A stretch of 64,000 nucleotides of DNA from Podarcis pityusensis (Eukaryota), in the NCBI GenBank assembly GCA_964106645.2, contig OZ067040.1. The stretch is one strand, 5' to 3'. Positions 25,060 through 38,505 of this stretch are shown in pieces. Within the stretch, counting starts at the first letter, position 1. Each line of letters begins with the position of its first letter. Below the pieces are notes generated by a model. That model did no database searches, had not been told where the DNA came from, and saw only the letters and a list, made by a program, of their open reading frames with translations. A program made the translations under genes and the position numbers.

Positions 25060-27997
25060 ATTCTACCATAATCACTTCCTATGCCAGGGTGTGACCCAAA
25101 TTCTAGCAAAATATTATTTGCACTTTTGACTGAAATCCTACACACACTTACTAGGGACCATAGGAGCCAACTCCCAGAAGCCGAAGTCCCTTCGCTGCCC
25201 CCAATAAAATATTTGAGGCCCCCCCCAGCTGATGGGCATTGCCATTCAAATGGTGTGTGTGCACCATGTCATGTGGGGTGGAGCTTACTGCCCCCCGGGT
25301 AATATTTTATTCAAGCACCCCTGCTAGCCCCATTAGACACAATAGAACATATTCCTGAGTAAGCTATGTTTGCATAGGATTGTACAGTGTAAAACCCATC
25401 ACTCATTTCTGTTTTTTCAACAGACTGGGGTTTTCTCATGATAAAATTATGTGCTTTGATATCAGGGGTAGTATTTGTGTGTCTGTGGCAAGGAGAACAG
25501 TGCCCCACTGGACCATTAGCAATAATCCAAGGAGAACTCAAAATAAGGCTCCATTATAATGCTGTCATCCTTCTCTCAAGCACTTTTTCAGACTGTTATT
25601 TCAAACTTAGTTGAAAAAGGGAAAGAATGTGTTTTGTTTTGTTTAAAAAATAAATGCTCCAAAGTATTTCTCCTATTTCTGCCCCCGAAGCATCTCGTTT
25701 GAAACACGCACAATCCTTCCTTCATTTCAGACAGAACATTTTGGAACAATTAGGCTAAAGAATTCAGCTCTTTGGTACATGCAGTACAAAACAATTAATG
25801 AAAATAGGATAAAGGCAGAGTTCAGAGGTGCAAAAAAGTTTTACAATTCTGGTACAATGTTGATTTTTAATGGTCACCTTATAAGTGGCAGAGATGGAAG
25901 ATTCATGGTTTTGCTATATTCAGGATTTAGTATTAAAATAGTATAAAACTGGTTTATTAAAAGTCATAGCATACTGTTAAAACTTTCTTTAAAATGCTGC
26001 CAGTTAGCTACTGCAGTAGGTTTATGGCATTGGTTTGGTTGTAGAAAGATTGAGACTAGCATACCAAAAGATCACATCGCCCCTTATATACACAGCCTAG
26101 CACTGTGCTCTATGTATTCCCATTCTAAACTCTCACATTTTCAAAAAAAGGAAAAATATAAAAAGATTTACGATATGCCTCCCCCCCTTTATAGAAGACT
26201 TCGCCACAATCTTAATGGCAAGTCCTGCATGAATTGATTGGTTCGCCTCTGAAAATTAGTATTAGTATTGCAGTCTTTACTTAAACCTCATTTAAGATTT
26301 TTCTTCAGGACTCCAGGGTAAAACTGTTCATCTCGCCTTACCTGTAATTTTCTTAAATCTACGTATTTATAATAAGATTTATGCCCTCATACGTTAACTC
26401 TGCATTTTTTAAAAAAAAGCATTTCCCCTTGATCACATTTCATTTCAATGTGATTTCTCACATGGCATGGAATATGCAAAATACTGAAGTAGTACTGTAT
26501 CTCCTCAGTTCCTTTCCCCACAATGAATATTGCATCAAATATTTCTTATCTCGGCAGTCTTTCTGGTGTGACTTACTACCAAAGCATTTAAGATCTCCAT
26601 CCTGATACTGTCATCTGCTCACTTTGCTTTTTATAGTATAAGGTCTCCTTTCTCCTGTAAATATAACTACTCTTCTTGTGCTCTGTAACTCTTGTACCTT
26701 CAATTTTGGATGTGAATTGTTGTGATTCTGTTGGATTATTTTGTATTATGCATTATGTACCGTAAAAGGGAAAGTTTCTATGAAAATTCAACTATTAAAA
26801 AAAGGATTGGGTGGTTCAATGGATTATTCCTATGTGGAATATGCTGACTTTCAAATGAGCTCATTTTGAAGCATAGCTGTATCCTATTGCAATTTCTGAA
26901 ATGTGCCGCACCCTTTCAACTGACTTCCAGTTGCCAAGAGAAGGAAAGCATAAAATAGCTTCAAGAAGGTGAGTCCTTGGGCTCTATAAAACTGACATTC
27001 ACTTGATTCTAGGTTCCCCCTTGATAAGTTCATTTTTTAAAAAAAACAATCTTTCTTTACGACACATTACAATTGCTGCCTTTCCCCCCCAGAGAATCCA
27101 TACCTCCTCTCTACCTCTAGTTACAGGTAGACATGACTGAGCTGACCTGATCAGATTTCAGACTTGCTGGAATTAGTTCTTAGCTCAGAAACAAAACAAA
27201 AATGCATTGGAATATATTTTAGGACAAGAAATGTTTATACTGAGGTAAAATATTGATTTAAATACACATTTGGTGATAAAATATTGTTATATACAACCCC
27301 TAGCTGACACCAGTGTTACATGCCACCCCATATGTACAACCTAAGCCTACAAGGGAGGGGCTCACAACATCAACAGCCCAAGAGGTTCTGAACTTAAGCA
27401 GACCCCAACGATTGCTCTCAAATGTTGCTCTCTGACTCTCTTTCTCCAGTCTGCTGCTTACTAACTCCGTTGCATGATGCCTAACTCCTCACTAACCTAA
27501 GCTCTGGCCTTTTCTAACACAGGGAAAGGCCACAGTCCTTTGTTGTGTCCTAATGGCCCATGCCCAGACTATTACCTCAAAGGAAATTAGTCTGACTCAA
27601 TTGACACTTACCACATGTTGATTCCCTAGGATTTAAAAGTGTCTAATACAGTTTAGGAAGTTTGCTTAGCTTAATTAGCTTTTCACACATGCTAATTTCC
27701 AGCATCACACACACACACACACCTTAAAACACATTGGGTCTAGCACACAAGCCTTAGTTAAATTCTAACACTAGCTTGATTCAGGAATTTATGGGAGTCT
27801 AGCACCCACAAACTAATAAAAATATGTATCTAAATATTAATCTTGTGATAAAAGGTTTATTTAAATATGGATTTTTGAATGGATTAAAATAATTGCAGAT
27901 TATGGACTGGATGAAATGGATTTATGAATGAGCACATGAAAAATGGATATGGACCAGAAAGGCTGTTCTGTCCATCCCTAGTGGCAGACACCCAATA

Positions 27998-28223
27998 CAG
28001 TGGTACCTCGGGTTAAGTACTTAATGCGTTCCAGAGGTCCGTTCTTAACCTGAAACTGTACTTAACCTGAAGCACCACTTTAGCTAATGGGGCCTCCCGC
28101 TGCCACCGCACCGCCGGAGCACGATTTCTGTTTTCATCCTGAAGCAAAGTTCTTAACCCGAGGTAATATTTCTGGGTTAGCAGAGTCTGTAACCTGAAGC
28201 GTATGTAACACAAGGTACCACTG
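27998..28223. mobile_element. Tc1/mariner-superfamily (pogo/Tigger-like) MITE
   Basis: TIRs CAGTGGTACCTCGGGTTA / TAACACAAGGTACCACTG; TA on both sides; internal TTAACCTGAAG repeats. Confidence 0.92.
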
Positions 28224-28292
28224 TAATTGTATCAAAACACCCCACCAAGCATTCCATTGAATGGGTATTCTGATGATTGTGAGTTATACAGC

Positions 28293-28430
28293 CTGAAGGA
28301 GCGTCTCCACCCCCATCATTCAGCCCGGACACTGAGGTCCAGTGCCAAGGGCCTTCTGGTGGTTCCCTCACTGCAAGAAGTGAGGTTACAGGGAACCAGG
28401 CAGAGGGTCTTCTTGATTGTGGTGCCCGCG
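28293..28430 (+). mobile_element. L2 LINE fragment without its 3' tail
   Basis: LKERLHPHHSARTLRSSAKGLLVVP...GTRQRVF, L2 ORF2 C-terminal-like; homologous to 8145-8270. Confidence 0.7.
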
Positions 28431-29382
28431 GATATCCCTTGACTCATATGCCATTTGTTTGTTTGTTTTTGTGTGGGGTAACTAGGAGTTCTGGGAAATG
28501 TTACATCTCCATAGGAGTAGGGAAGAGGATATATTTGATCTCATGCCATTCTCATTCATCACAGCCATGCAATACTCTTGATCTTAAGACGTATGAAAAT
28601 CCAATGTTAGAAAATAAATTTGTTTTCACTTTCTTCTTCCTTCTCCAAAGAAAGAATACTATTTATTTTGAAATATGGACAATCATCACATCTTATTTAG
28701 ATGAACCTATTTACTGGCAAGATGAGTATATAGTGCTATGTTTCTTCTACCAAGTGATTTGGTCAACAAACATAATTACAGCTCAGCAGGCCCTAGTAGA
28801 TACCATTAGCACGTTAATAAAGAATCCAGTAACTACCTCTCAGAAAATCTGAGCGTTGCCTCTCTCCCAGTTTCAAAGCAACAGAGAACTACTCTTAATA
28901 GAATTCTTCTCCCTTGATGCTCTGTTGACAATACATTTATCATACGCAGTTAGCTGCTAGCCTAGCATGTGTGAATAATAGGGATGAAATTTTCTGAAAA
29001 TCTTATCTACACACACGCTTATTTATTTATTTATTTATTTATTTTTAAAGTCCCAAATCACTATTTAGTCTCAGTGAGAAGGGACCCCCCCATCAGCTAA
29101 AATAAAAACAATAATCACACATTATATGTGTTGTCCTATGTATAATATTCTACACATAAACATTCCTAGTTTCCTCCAAGCCTACATAAACAGATACATA
29201 TGACAATACATATAACTGTATAAAATACACTATTAATATACTTATAAAATTATGCTGCAGAAGAATGGTATAACATGTGGCTTGCCCTTTCTTAAAGTAT
29301 TATATGTATATTTTTTGCACATAATTTTTCATATGATTAGGCCGTTTCTCAGAAACCTGGTAATCCCTGGAAGTTAGAATTA

Positions 29383-29551
29383 CCGTATTTTTCGCTCTAT
29401 AACACGCACCCGACCATAACACGCACGTAGTTTTTAGAGGAGGAAAATCCGTAGGCATGCCACCCGTAGGCATTCCCCCCATAACACGCACAGACATTTC
29501 CCCTTACTTTTTAGGAGGAAAAAAGTGAGTGTTATGGTGCAAAAAATACGG
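29383..29551. mobile_element. Short Tc2-like (CCGTA-TIR) MITE
   Basis: TIRs CCGTATTTTTCGCTCTATAACACGCAC / GTGAGTGTTATGGTGCAAAAAATACGG; TA on the left, AA on the right; 3' part resembles 48128-48185. Confidence 0.85.
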
Positions 29552-29592
29552 AATATTGACATTTGATAGTAAAAGAAAACAGAAAAATCTAG

Positions 29593-29710
29593 GCCAGGGG
29601 TGAGAATGTGGGCCTCCTAGATATGGGCTGGACTCCAACCCCCATCATCCCTGACCTTGCTGGCTGGGGCTGATGGGAGCTGAAGCCCAATGACATCTGG
29701 AAGGCTGATC
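29593..29710. mobile_element. Degraded palindromic hAT MITE (MER5-like)
   Basis: CCTAGATATGGGCTGGACTCCAACCCCCATCA...TGATGGGAGCTGAAGCCCAATGACATCTGG inverted arms; similar relics near 50210-50300 and 56490-56580. Confidence 0.55.
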
Positions 29711-32700
29711 TAGGCTATCTGTGTATTTGCTGGGGAGGATTTCCCCTTTCAGAAAATGGAAAAAGGAACCAACCCCAGCCGCAGAGGTGCATAAACTGGT
29801 TGTGGCCAAGAAAGAAAAACTAGTTGAGAATGTGAAGCTAGAAGGCATTTTTGCAAGAAATCATAAAATAATGTAGGGTTCTTAACTGCCTTAACTATTT
29901 TTATAAAGTTAATGAACCATCTGGTTTTAGATTGAACTTAAAAAATTGCATGTTACTAGAACAGAAAGTTTAATCATCATCATCACCTTCATCATCTTTA
30001 TCTCTATTGAACATGATGGGACTTGCTTACAAATAAACAGGCACTGACATGCACTGTAGGCCATGATTCAGTATTCTGCACAATAGTACTTTTGATCATC
30101 CAGTCACTATTTCTCCCTGTCATTGCTTGGACAGGCCTGAACACACCACAGTACCTCTTATAGAAAGCCTACATGAGCCTCCTATATACAGATCCAGCCA
30201 GCCCACTCCTCCTTAGGACATTGGGCAATGTCTATTCATGCTCTCTGGATAAGGAGGATCCATTTGAATTTGGTGAACAGCATAATTTCTTTCCATGCCC
30301 CAGTTTATGCCCCATTCAGGGCAAGGGCACTATTAGTATGAGAAGGAGCCATGCCATTTGTCCAGGAACTATGTGGCTCTTCCTTAAAACCATTTTCCAT
30401 CTCTTATTTTCAGGGAAGGGAACAATCCCTGTCTAGGCTGTAGACCTGAAAATAGTTATCTCAATTCTTAACACCAGAAATCTAGGCAGTTCTACAACAG
30501 TAGTGCTCCAATATGAGTTACTTTGATTTTTCCCATATGCTAATTATGAAGGAGGGGGGCACCCAAAATCTTTGACTATGCGATCAGTCACTGCATAAAA
30601 ACTTCCCCAGGCAATGTAGTAAGGAACAGACACATTTTAATAACTTCATGTTGATTACTCTCTTTCCAGAACAGAACTTTATGGCTCTAATTCTTGATGC
30701 TCTTTTATAGTGCATTATTTTTAATGAGCAGCCAGATTATGTAACTTGCCACAAAGCCATACACATGAATATTTATTGCTATTAATTGCATCTGCCAATG
30801 ATTTAGATCCTGTCCAGTGCTGTTTAATTGGAACACACAGAGATTACATGATCACTTCAAAGCTGCACTCTTCATTAGCAAGTGAGCTAACCTAAACATG
30901 GAGGGGTCATGAACTGCTTGGCCTTATTGGTGCATTGTATATGCTATTATTAATACTATTAGAAAAGTATCTTTATTTTTTTCAAACATATCCTGATTAC
31001 TGCTCTGCTAATTACTTTCGTAACCTGAATCTAACAGAATGTGCTTTAATTTTAAGGCACACAATAATGAAAGATCTGTTCCTTGATGCAGATGGTATGT
31101 GATTTTTTAAAAAATGTTGGGACAAGGATCTTACATGCTTTCAGTTACTGAATTTAGGCCGCACTCCTCACCATGTCTACTCATAGGGAAGACCCATTGA
31201 ATTCAACGGATGTTACTTCAAGGTAGGTGGAGTTAGGATTGTGTCGGTCACTCCAATCTAGCAAGAGAGATCTGCATGTCAGCAGGTGTCAGGGCACATC
31301 ATGATGCCCATCTGAATGTCATTGAGCTTGACTAAGCATATGGGCAGAACAGTCCAAGCCTCTGATCCACTGTGCTGGAGGCCGTTAAGATGAGGCAGAG
31401 GTATCTCTCTGACCAGTCCTGCCTGGGTCCACCAATGATCAGTTTCCCAATGCAGCTATTCAAACAGCAGGCAGGAGTTACCACTGGCGGTAGTTGGAAG
31501 TCCCCAAAAGGGGGATCCCGAGGTCATCCTGCTGCTGTCACATGATTGCAACAGGCCTCTCTGAATCACCAGCCTAGAAGCTGGCATGGCAAAGAGGTAT
31601 TTCTCCTGCTCCCCTTTCTGCCTTGGCCAGCATGAGACGTGGGGCTATGGATGCGATTTCTTCTATGCCACTCCATTAAGTCTTGCTGCAGGAGACTAAA
31701 TGTATGGATTACAGAAGAGCAGAAGAATAAAAAAGCCGAGGTTTCCTAACAGAAATGTAAAGTGAGGAGGGAAGGTGAGGGAGATGCTCATGCCAGGCAA
31801 ATAAACATTTTGACTTAGATATCGTTTGTAAATAAGAGCTCATGCTTCAGACAGCTGTTTTCCTCTTCCCTCCCAATCCATTTTCCTTTTGTGCCATGGG
31901 TTTTCATATTGTAAGCCTGAGGGCAGGGACTGTCTTGTTTCTGATCTTTCTCAGCTGCTCTGGGAGCCTTTGTCAGCTGAAAACAAACAAATGAATTAAA
32001 TGAGCATGCCCTGCCTCAAAGATTCTGAGCAGCTGTTTTAAGAATCAAAGCAGTGCAAGAAGAAAATCAGGAGAAAAGCTTACTCCAAATCAGTGGAGGA
32101 AAGGGAACGCACAGCTGTCAGTTTTTATTACTCCTGAGGACAGGTAGGTACACTGAGGAATGTAGATATTGGTATAGTCTTGATCTATGGATGACAGAGG
32201 CTGGCAATGCATAATCTTTGACAAAGGAGCATTAACTTTTGGACTCACTGTTCTCATTTGATAGATCAGCCTGTAACACTCCTGTGGACTATAATAAAGC
32301 AGCACAGAATGAAGAAGATGCAATAGCAGAAATGGCAGGAGATGACCTTTGTATCTTCTTATCAGCTATGTGAAGTAATGGGATAGTTTCTAAAGATTCT
32401 ATTGTGGCTTCAAGGTTCTGCTGAATGCCTAATTTCAATATGTGAAGCTCATAATCAAAGAACCCACTTATGCCATTTCCCTTCTTCCAGCCTTCATAAA
32501 GCCGCATTATCAGTATGGAACAAAGTAATAATGGTACTCGAAGAAAATTTCAGATAATGCTATTTTAACTGCAAATTAAAGCAAAGCTGTGGTAGCTGAG
32601 AATAATTTGCTGGGAAATGGTGAGTATTATCTGCATGGGATTTACCTCCAGAAGTTTTCTCTTCTGTTGCAGAGGAGAGCAGGGCAGAATGAGGAGGAAT

Positions 32701-33769
32701 TTTCAAGGTATAATTTGTTCATCTCTTTCAAGATGATGGGAAATAACTGAGCTATGTTACTCTTGTTAATAACTTCTGCTGTTAAATTGCATGCTAGTAG
32801 TCCCTTATTTCCTGGAAGTATTTAAGTGGGAGGTGGATGGCCATCTGTCAGGGATGCTGTAGCTGTGTTTAGCATTGCAGATCCGCCACTGAGTCCAGGG
32901 GTTAGACCAGATCAGGCCTGGGGAACCACTAGCCAAACATGGGCCACCAGTAGTTCAAAGTTGTCCCGTGAGGCTGTTTCCCCCAAACCACACCCATATA
33001 TGATGATAGGTGTGGGCAGCGCTTTTCTTCTAGAAAAACAACGTACTGAAGTTGTTACAGAAAGTGTCACACTTTTAACTAGAGCTTTTCTGCCTCCAGA
33101 AAAACAAAAGCACTGGATGTGTGACAGGTAGAGATGGGGCTTCCAATGCACCACTGGAATCCTTAAAGTGCACATCTGATTGCGCATTGGCAAGGGAAAG
33201 CAGTCTTTGGCTGTAAGTGAGTTTCTCCCTGCTGGGTAATAAAGTCAATGGCCTTAGGCACTTTCAAACCCCTTGTAGGGTTCTTTGCAACCCTAGGTCT
33301 CCAGCTTTGAGATTTCAAAGCGCCCAATCCCTTGGCATCATTGTGATGCCATATGATTGATGAGTGGGCATCCCTGCCCACCTGTCAAGTTTGGTCCATG
33401 AGGCCAAGATCTGATAAGAATGTGGAGTCAAAAGGTTTCTTCAAGCCCATTAATGATTCTCCAACCCTACAATTCTGTACACAGAGGAGATTAGGATTGA
33501 AGTGATAGTCAATTTTCTGTAAATAGTCTGTTTTCTCAAATTCTGTCCTCCACCAGAAGGTTAAGGCCAGGGGGCTTCCTTTGCTGCTCTCTAGCATTTG
33601 CCACCCGAGAAAGTCATCTCATTCCACCTAATGCTGGTACCAACCCTGTCTTTAAGTGACCTGGCTGCAAACCATTCACTGGGGTGGGGAGAGTTTGCCA
33701 AAGAATGAAAATGCAAAGGATAAATTATTTGCTTGCTTAATGTTGGCAAAAAAATGCCGTACACCTAAT

Positions 33770-34125
33770 AATACTTCCACTCAACTTCGTGTTCACAAAC
33801 CTAATGGATTTGGCAATTGTACAGAAGTTTTACTTCATGCAAATAATGGTAGCACAAAGGCATCTGAGTTCTTGGGGAAACTTTATTCCTATTTTATTGT
33901 TCTTTTATCAGATGGGGCATAAATTAGGTCTCTGTCTTTTAATCTTCTGCTTTTTCTTTGCCATTTATTTCATTTTTGAGGGGAAAAGAAAATAGCAGGC
34001 TTCTCCGATTTTCCTTCAATCTTTTCCTCATATGATTTCCAAGAATTTATTCACTATGCCTATAATTTTTTTGTACAACTGTCAAATCCATTAGGTTTGC
34101 TTACAAGTAGTTTAGTAGGAGTAGG
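33770..34125. repeat. Old inverted-repeat element (probable decayed palindromic MITE)
   Basis: CAAACCTAATGGATTTGGCAATTGTACA (33796-33823) is the reverse complement, with 2 mismatches, of 34072-34099; weaker similarity extends about 25 bp outward. Confidence 0.7.
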
Positions 34126-34418
34126 CCCCCCCCCCCCCCATTATGGAAGTATTCTCTAAGTCTTGCATGGCAAGTGTAGTAGCAAATTTTTCAGGCTCTT
34201 TACAACAGGAATAATGTGCCTCTCTCTTCCATATCCATCCTTTATTTTTCAAGCAATTTTCCTGTAATTTCATATAGCATTCTCATCTTGTTTCTTTTTG
34301 TCATTGTGAGATATATCTCATAGTAAAATGTGTTAAGAAAACAATATTTTTTTTCTTTTCTATAGGGCACTTCTCCGAATATAAAGTTTATAGGGTCTCT
34401 TTGTCTTTGTCATTTTGT

Positions 34419-34773
34419 GGGACATGGGTGGCGCTGTGGGTTAAACCACAGAGCCTAGGACTTGCCGATCAGAAGGTCAGCGGTTCGAATCCCCGCGACG
34501 GGGTGAGCTCCCGTTGCTTGGTCCCTGCTCCTGCCAAACTAGCAGTTCGAAAGCACATCAAAGTGCAAGGAGATAAATAGGTACCGCTCCAGTGGGAAGG
34601 TAAACGGCGTTTCCGTGTGCTGCTCTGGTTCGCCAGAAGCGGCGTAGTCATGCTGGCCACATGACCCGGAAGCTATACGCCGGCTCCCTCGGCCAATAAA
34701 GCGAGATGAGTGCCGCAACCCCAGAGTCGGTCACGACTGGACCTAATGGTCAGGGGTCCCTTTACCTTTACCT
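34419..34773 (+). mobile_element. Sauria SINE (Squam1), full length
   Basis: A box GGTGGCGCTGTGGG, B box GGTTCGAATCC, BovB-like GAGTCGGTCACGACT, (ACCTTT)n tail; probable TSD TTTGTCATT. Confidence 0.95.
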
Positions 34774-34814
34774 TTTGTCATTATTTAACAAACATTCTTG
34801 TGGCTTGCAAAGTA

Positions 34815-35040
34815 CAGTGGTACCTTGGGTTAAGAAGTTAATTCATTCCAGAGGTCTGTTCTTAACCTGAAACTGTTCTTAACCTGAGGTACCACTTTAG
34901 CTAATGGGGCCTCCCACTACCACCACGCCGCCGCTGCCTGATTTCTGTTCTCATCCTGAAGCAAAGTTCTTAACCCGAGGTACTATTTCTGGATTAGCTG
35001 AGTCTCTAACCTGAAGCGTCTGTAACCCGAGGTACCACTG
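34815..35040. mobile_element. Tc1/mariner-superfamily (pogo/Tigger-like) MITE
   Basis: TIRs CAGTGGTACCTTGGGTTA / TAACCCGAGGTACCACTG; TA TSD; same family and orientation as 27998. Confidence 0.92.
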
Positions 35041-36550
35041 TATCATATTAAATTATTTTACCGGTTCTAATGGGATATTATGCAAATAGAAAATCAACAG
35101 CATAAAAATATACTTTTTTGGGAGAAATGAAGCAGTATCTTTCATGGATCTTTTTTGCTGCTCCATTAAACTGTATCTGTTTACCTGTGAAATTCAAAAA
35201 CAAGAAGTATTGTATGTCATGCATAATGCCATTTAGTTGAGCCTGAAGGGACTGTCTTTCTCTGTAAAATTTATCTTCCTGTTATGTCTTTTCAAGTGTC
35301 TGTCTTAAAAGGCTGATGGGAGAATTTTCAATGTATCTTTGATGACTAAGAAGTATATATTACAATTGAAAGTTTATATCCAGTTGCCTCTCTTCATAAG
35401 CTAGAATAGTATAGGTTCTACTGGGTAGGATCCAGCAGAACTTGAACAGGCATCAGCACATGCCCTCCGCAATCTACTCTGGAGTTTGATGGACCCTTCC
35501 AAGCAGATTTTTGGGGTACACCTTCGGGCTGCAGGAGAGGAAAGGAAATGGAAACCAAAAGTCACATTACAGAAGGAGATGTCCATTGTGCAAGCGGGCA
35601 GACTTCACTGGACACACACTTTCTCTGAGATAATGTTCACTCACATCCACAGCCACCGATAAAAGCATTTGGTGATCTCCAGTGTTAGTAATACTCAAGA
35701 GTTAAGTTCATTGACTCCAGTAGGTTTGCTCAGACTTGGATATCATCCTGTAAATATACAGGAAAGAGAGAGACCAGCCTTTGGCTAGTGGTAGCCAAGG
35801 CTCATTAGGCAGAATGAGCAGGAGGGTCTCCAAGTGCAATGGGGCTGACTGACCACATTTTGAAGTAATACACATCACCATCTGAAGAGCCCCATCCATA
35901 AGACCATTCAGTTTAGAGTTTAAAATCAGCTAACCACACCATACAAACATGAATGGAAACAGAAGCAGGTGCTAAATTTTGTTTTGTGCAGGGAGCTCTC
36001 CTTCCTCTCTGTTTCAACACATTATAAATTGGAGTTTGGGAGCAAAAGCTGGTAACTGCCTGCCCACCCCTATAGTAAGTAGGTGGATACATTGTGCCTT
36101 CACCCCTGCTTAGTTCTTTCTTTTTTTAAAAAAGGATCTCTCCCAGCTGTTTTTCCCTCTCTCTCTTTGAAATTGCCTTATATACCAGAGTTGGCCAATC
36201 AATACTCTGTACAATCCTGTTCTGAGAAATTGTATTGCAGAATAACAGAAGGGCTGACCAGTCAGTGCTGGGCAACTCTAACTTCTATTCAAACAGGAGG
36301 ATGTCCACATGCCCAGAATCTTCAAAAGAAAGCTGAGCAGATGTGCAGATGTTACAATGATGGCGATGACACTTTGATAGAGGTCACTGATGAACTCATG
36401 TTCATGATCTGTGCACAGCTTTTCACACTGAGGTGGAATATACACATTGATAAAAACTGTTCTGAAAACGTTTTTTTAAAAAAAGCGTTTTTAAAAATAT
36501 ATGGAATTTCCCTTAAGGCTCACTGTCACCATCTAGTGTCACATTGTATA

Positions 36551-36910
36551 AAGGTAAAGGGACCCCTGACCATTAGGTCCAGTCACGGACGACTCTGGGG
36601 TTGTGGCACTCTTCTCGCTCTGTAGGCCGAGGGAGCCGGCGTTTGTCTGCAGACAGCTTCTGGGTCATATGGCCAGAATGACTAAGCCGCTTCTGGCGAA
36701 CCAGAGCAGGGCATGGAAACACTGTTTACCTTCCCACCGGAGCGGTACGTATTTATCTACTTGCACTTTGATGTGCTTTAGAACTTATAGGTTGCCAGGA
36801 GCAGGGACCAAGCAACGGGAGCTCACCCTGTTGCAGGGATTCGAACTGCCGAAGTTCTGATCGGCAAGTCCTAGGCTCTATGGTTTAACCCACAGCGCCA
36901 CCCGTGTGCC
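36551..36910 (-). mobile_element. Sauria SINE (Squam1), full length
   Basis: Reverse-complement homologue of 34419-34773; perfect 13-bp TSD GTCACATTGTATA (36538-36550, 36911-36923). Confidence 0.96.
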
Positions 36911-36947
36911 GTCACATTGTATATCACACTTAAAACACACTTTAAAC

Positions 36948-37082
36948 CAAGCATGGCCAAACTTGGCCCTCCAGATGTTTTGGGACTACAATTCCCATCA
37001 TTCCTGACCACTGGTCCTGTTGGCTAAGGATGATTGGAGTTGTAGTCCCAAAACATCTGGAGACCAAGTTTGGCCATGCCTG
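36948..37082. mobile_element. Palindromic hAT (Charlie/MER5-like) MITE
   Basis: Arms GCATGGCCAAACTTGG..CCAGATGTTTTGGGACTACAA / TTGTAGTCCCAAAACATCTGG..CCAAGTTTGGCCATGC; 8-bp TSD CTTTAAAC / CTTTAAAT. Confidence 0.9.
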
Positions 37083-37721
37083 CTTTAAATGTTTTATTTG
37101 CAGCTGTATAGCTGAGTCCTAGTGTCTGGTGGGGTGACAGCAAAGTTGGGGTTGCATGGGCACACTGGTGGGATTGGCTCACTGGTGCACCCCTGACCTT
37201 GCCACCACCCTGCCCTGCGCCACCCTGGTAAGTGGTAGTGATGCTGCTGCCAGGGCGTTGATTCTGCAATGCTGGCCATTCCCATCCCTTCATGCTGAAG
37301 TTGAGAGAATAAGCAAAGCAGCTTGTAATTCCTTTAGTTGGGAAGAGTCCGAATTCCGAAACGTTCATCACTTCAACCACATATAATATGATACTCTGAC
37401 ACTAGATGATTGCAATCAGTGTTGTTATGACCCAAACCCTCTGCCAAGTCCAAGTGTTCTCTTCTAATTGCAGTCCTCTGTTGCTTGTACTCGCCGTGGC
37501 TGTGAGTTGAATTAAACGTGATGAACTAAATTAAACCTGTGATAGGTTGTACATTTTAGTTTTATGACCAGCACTATTTTCTTGTGTAGTATTTCTGGTA
37601 GCCATTGATCTGGAACTGCCAGAGAAAGGTCCACCATGAAGATCAAGTGCAAATATTGTTCATCTTTAATCTTTGTCCATAAATATAAAAAGGTGGTGAA
37701 GTGAAAGCTACTTCCATTTGT

Positions 37722-37847
37722 CACAGAATCAGAGAGTTAGAAGGGATAATCTAGTCCAATGCCCTGCAATGCAGGAATATGCAGCTGTCCCTTACAGGGA
37801 TCGAACCTACAACCTTAGCATTGTCAGCACCACACTCTAGCCAACTG
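37722..37847 (-). mobile_element. SINE with tRNA-Ile-derived head and CR1-type tail
   Basis: Minus strand CAGTTGGCTAGAGTGTGGTGCTGACAATGCTAAGGTTGTAGGTTCGATCCCTGTAAGGG aligns by eye to tRNA-Ile with CpG decay; tail ATTCCTGCATTGCAG..TTGGACTAGAT..CCCTTCTAACTCT. Confidence 0.75.
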
Positions 37848-38505
37848 TTGCAATTAATACACTGGGAACCCAATCCACTTGAAGATATGCCAGTTCATAT
37901 GAATGATTCCTCTGCTAAAACTGATGAAAGTAGTAGAATGTTTAGAATTTAAAGTTTTAAAGCATGAGGTAAAAATCTGTAGTACAATGTGGAGGTAGTG
38001 AACCGAAAATCCAGGCAGTGATTGACTGAATCATGTAATAGAAGTCTGAGACGGGTACAACAGTCATTGACATTGGCTGAGAAGCTCAAATCTTTAGGGG
38101 GTAAAACATTATTAGAATACAAAGTCAGAGGAACATGAAGAAGTTGAGGTATAAGAAGGTGCTTGTTGTCTAACCCAACAAAAAGTTTAAAAATCTGAGG
38201 CATTTCCATGCAGCTCCTTCTTCAGGTCAAGTCCTAGACTGGCTTTAAGGCCTGCTGTCACTTCAGTGATGTAATTAAACTCAACACACACAGACACACT
38301 GACAAACACACATTTGTGTTGCCTCTGGAAGACATTTGACCCACCTGTGGCTCTTTTCAATGGCTCTGCTTGATTTCCTTCCAATGAGTCCGCTTGATTT
38401 TGCCGAAAGAAGGAAGCATGACAAGAGAGGGCAGATGTGAGACAAGCAGCAGAATGACTGTCTGCATAGTGATGACCTCTGACAGAGGAATCCAATGATC
38501 TAGAT

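Noticed and set aside
36083-36625. 180-aa ORF
   Set aside because: No domain-like features, GTG start, and it runs into an antisense Sauria SINE; a chance ORF like most of the track.
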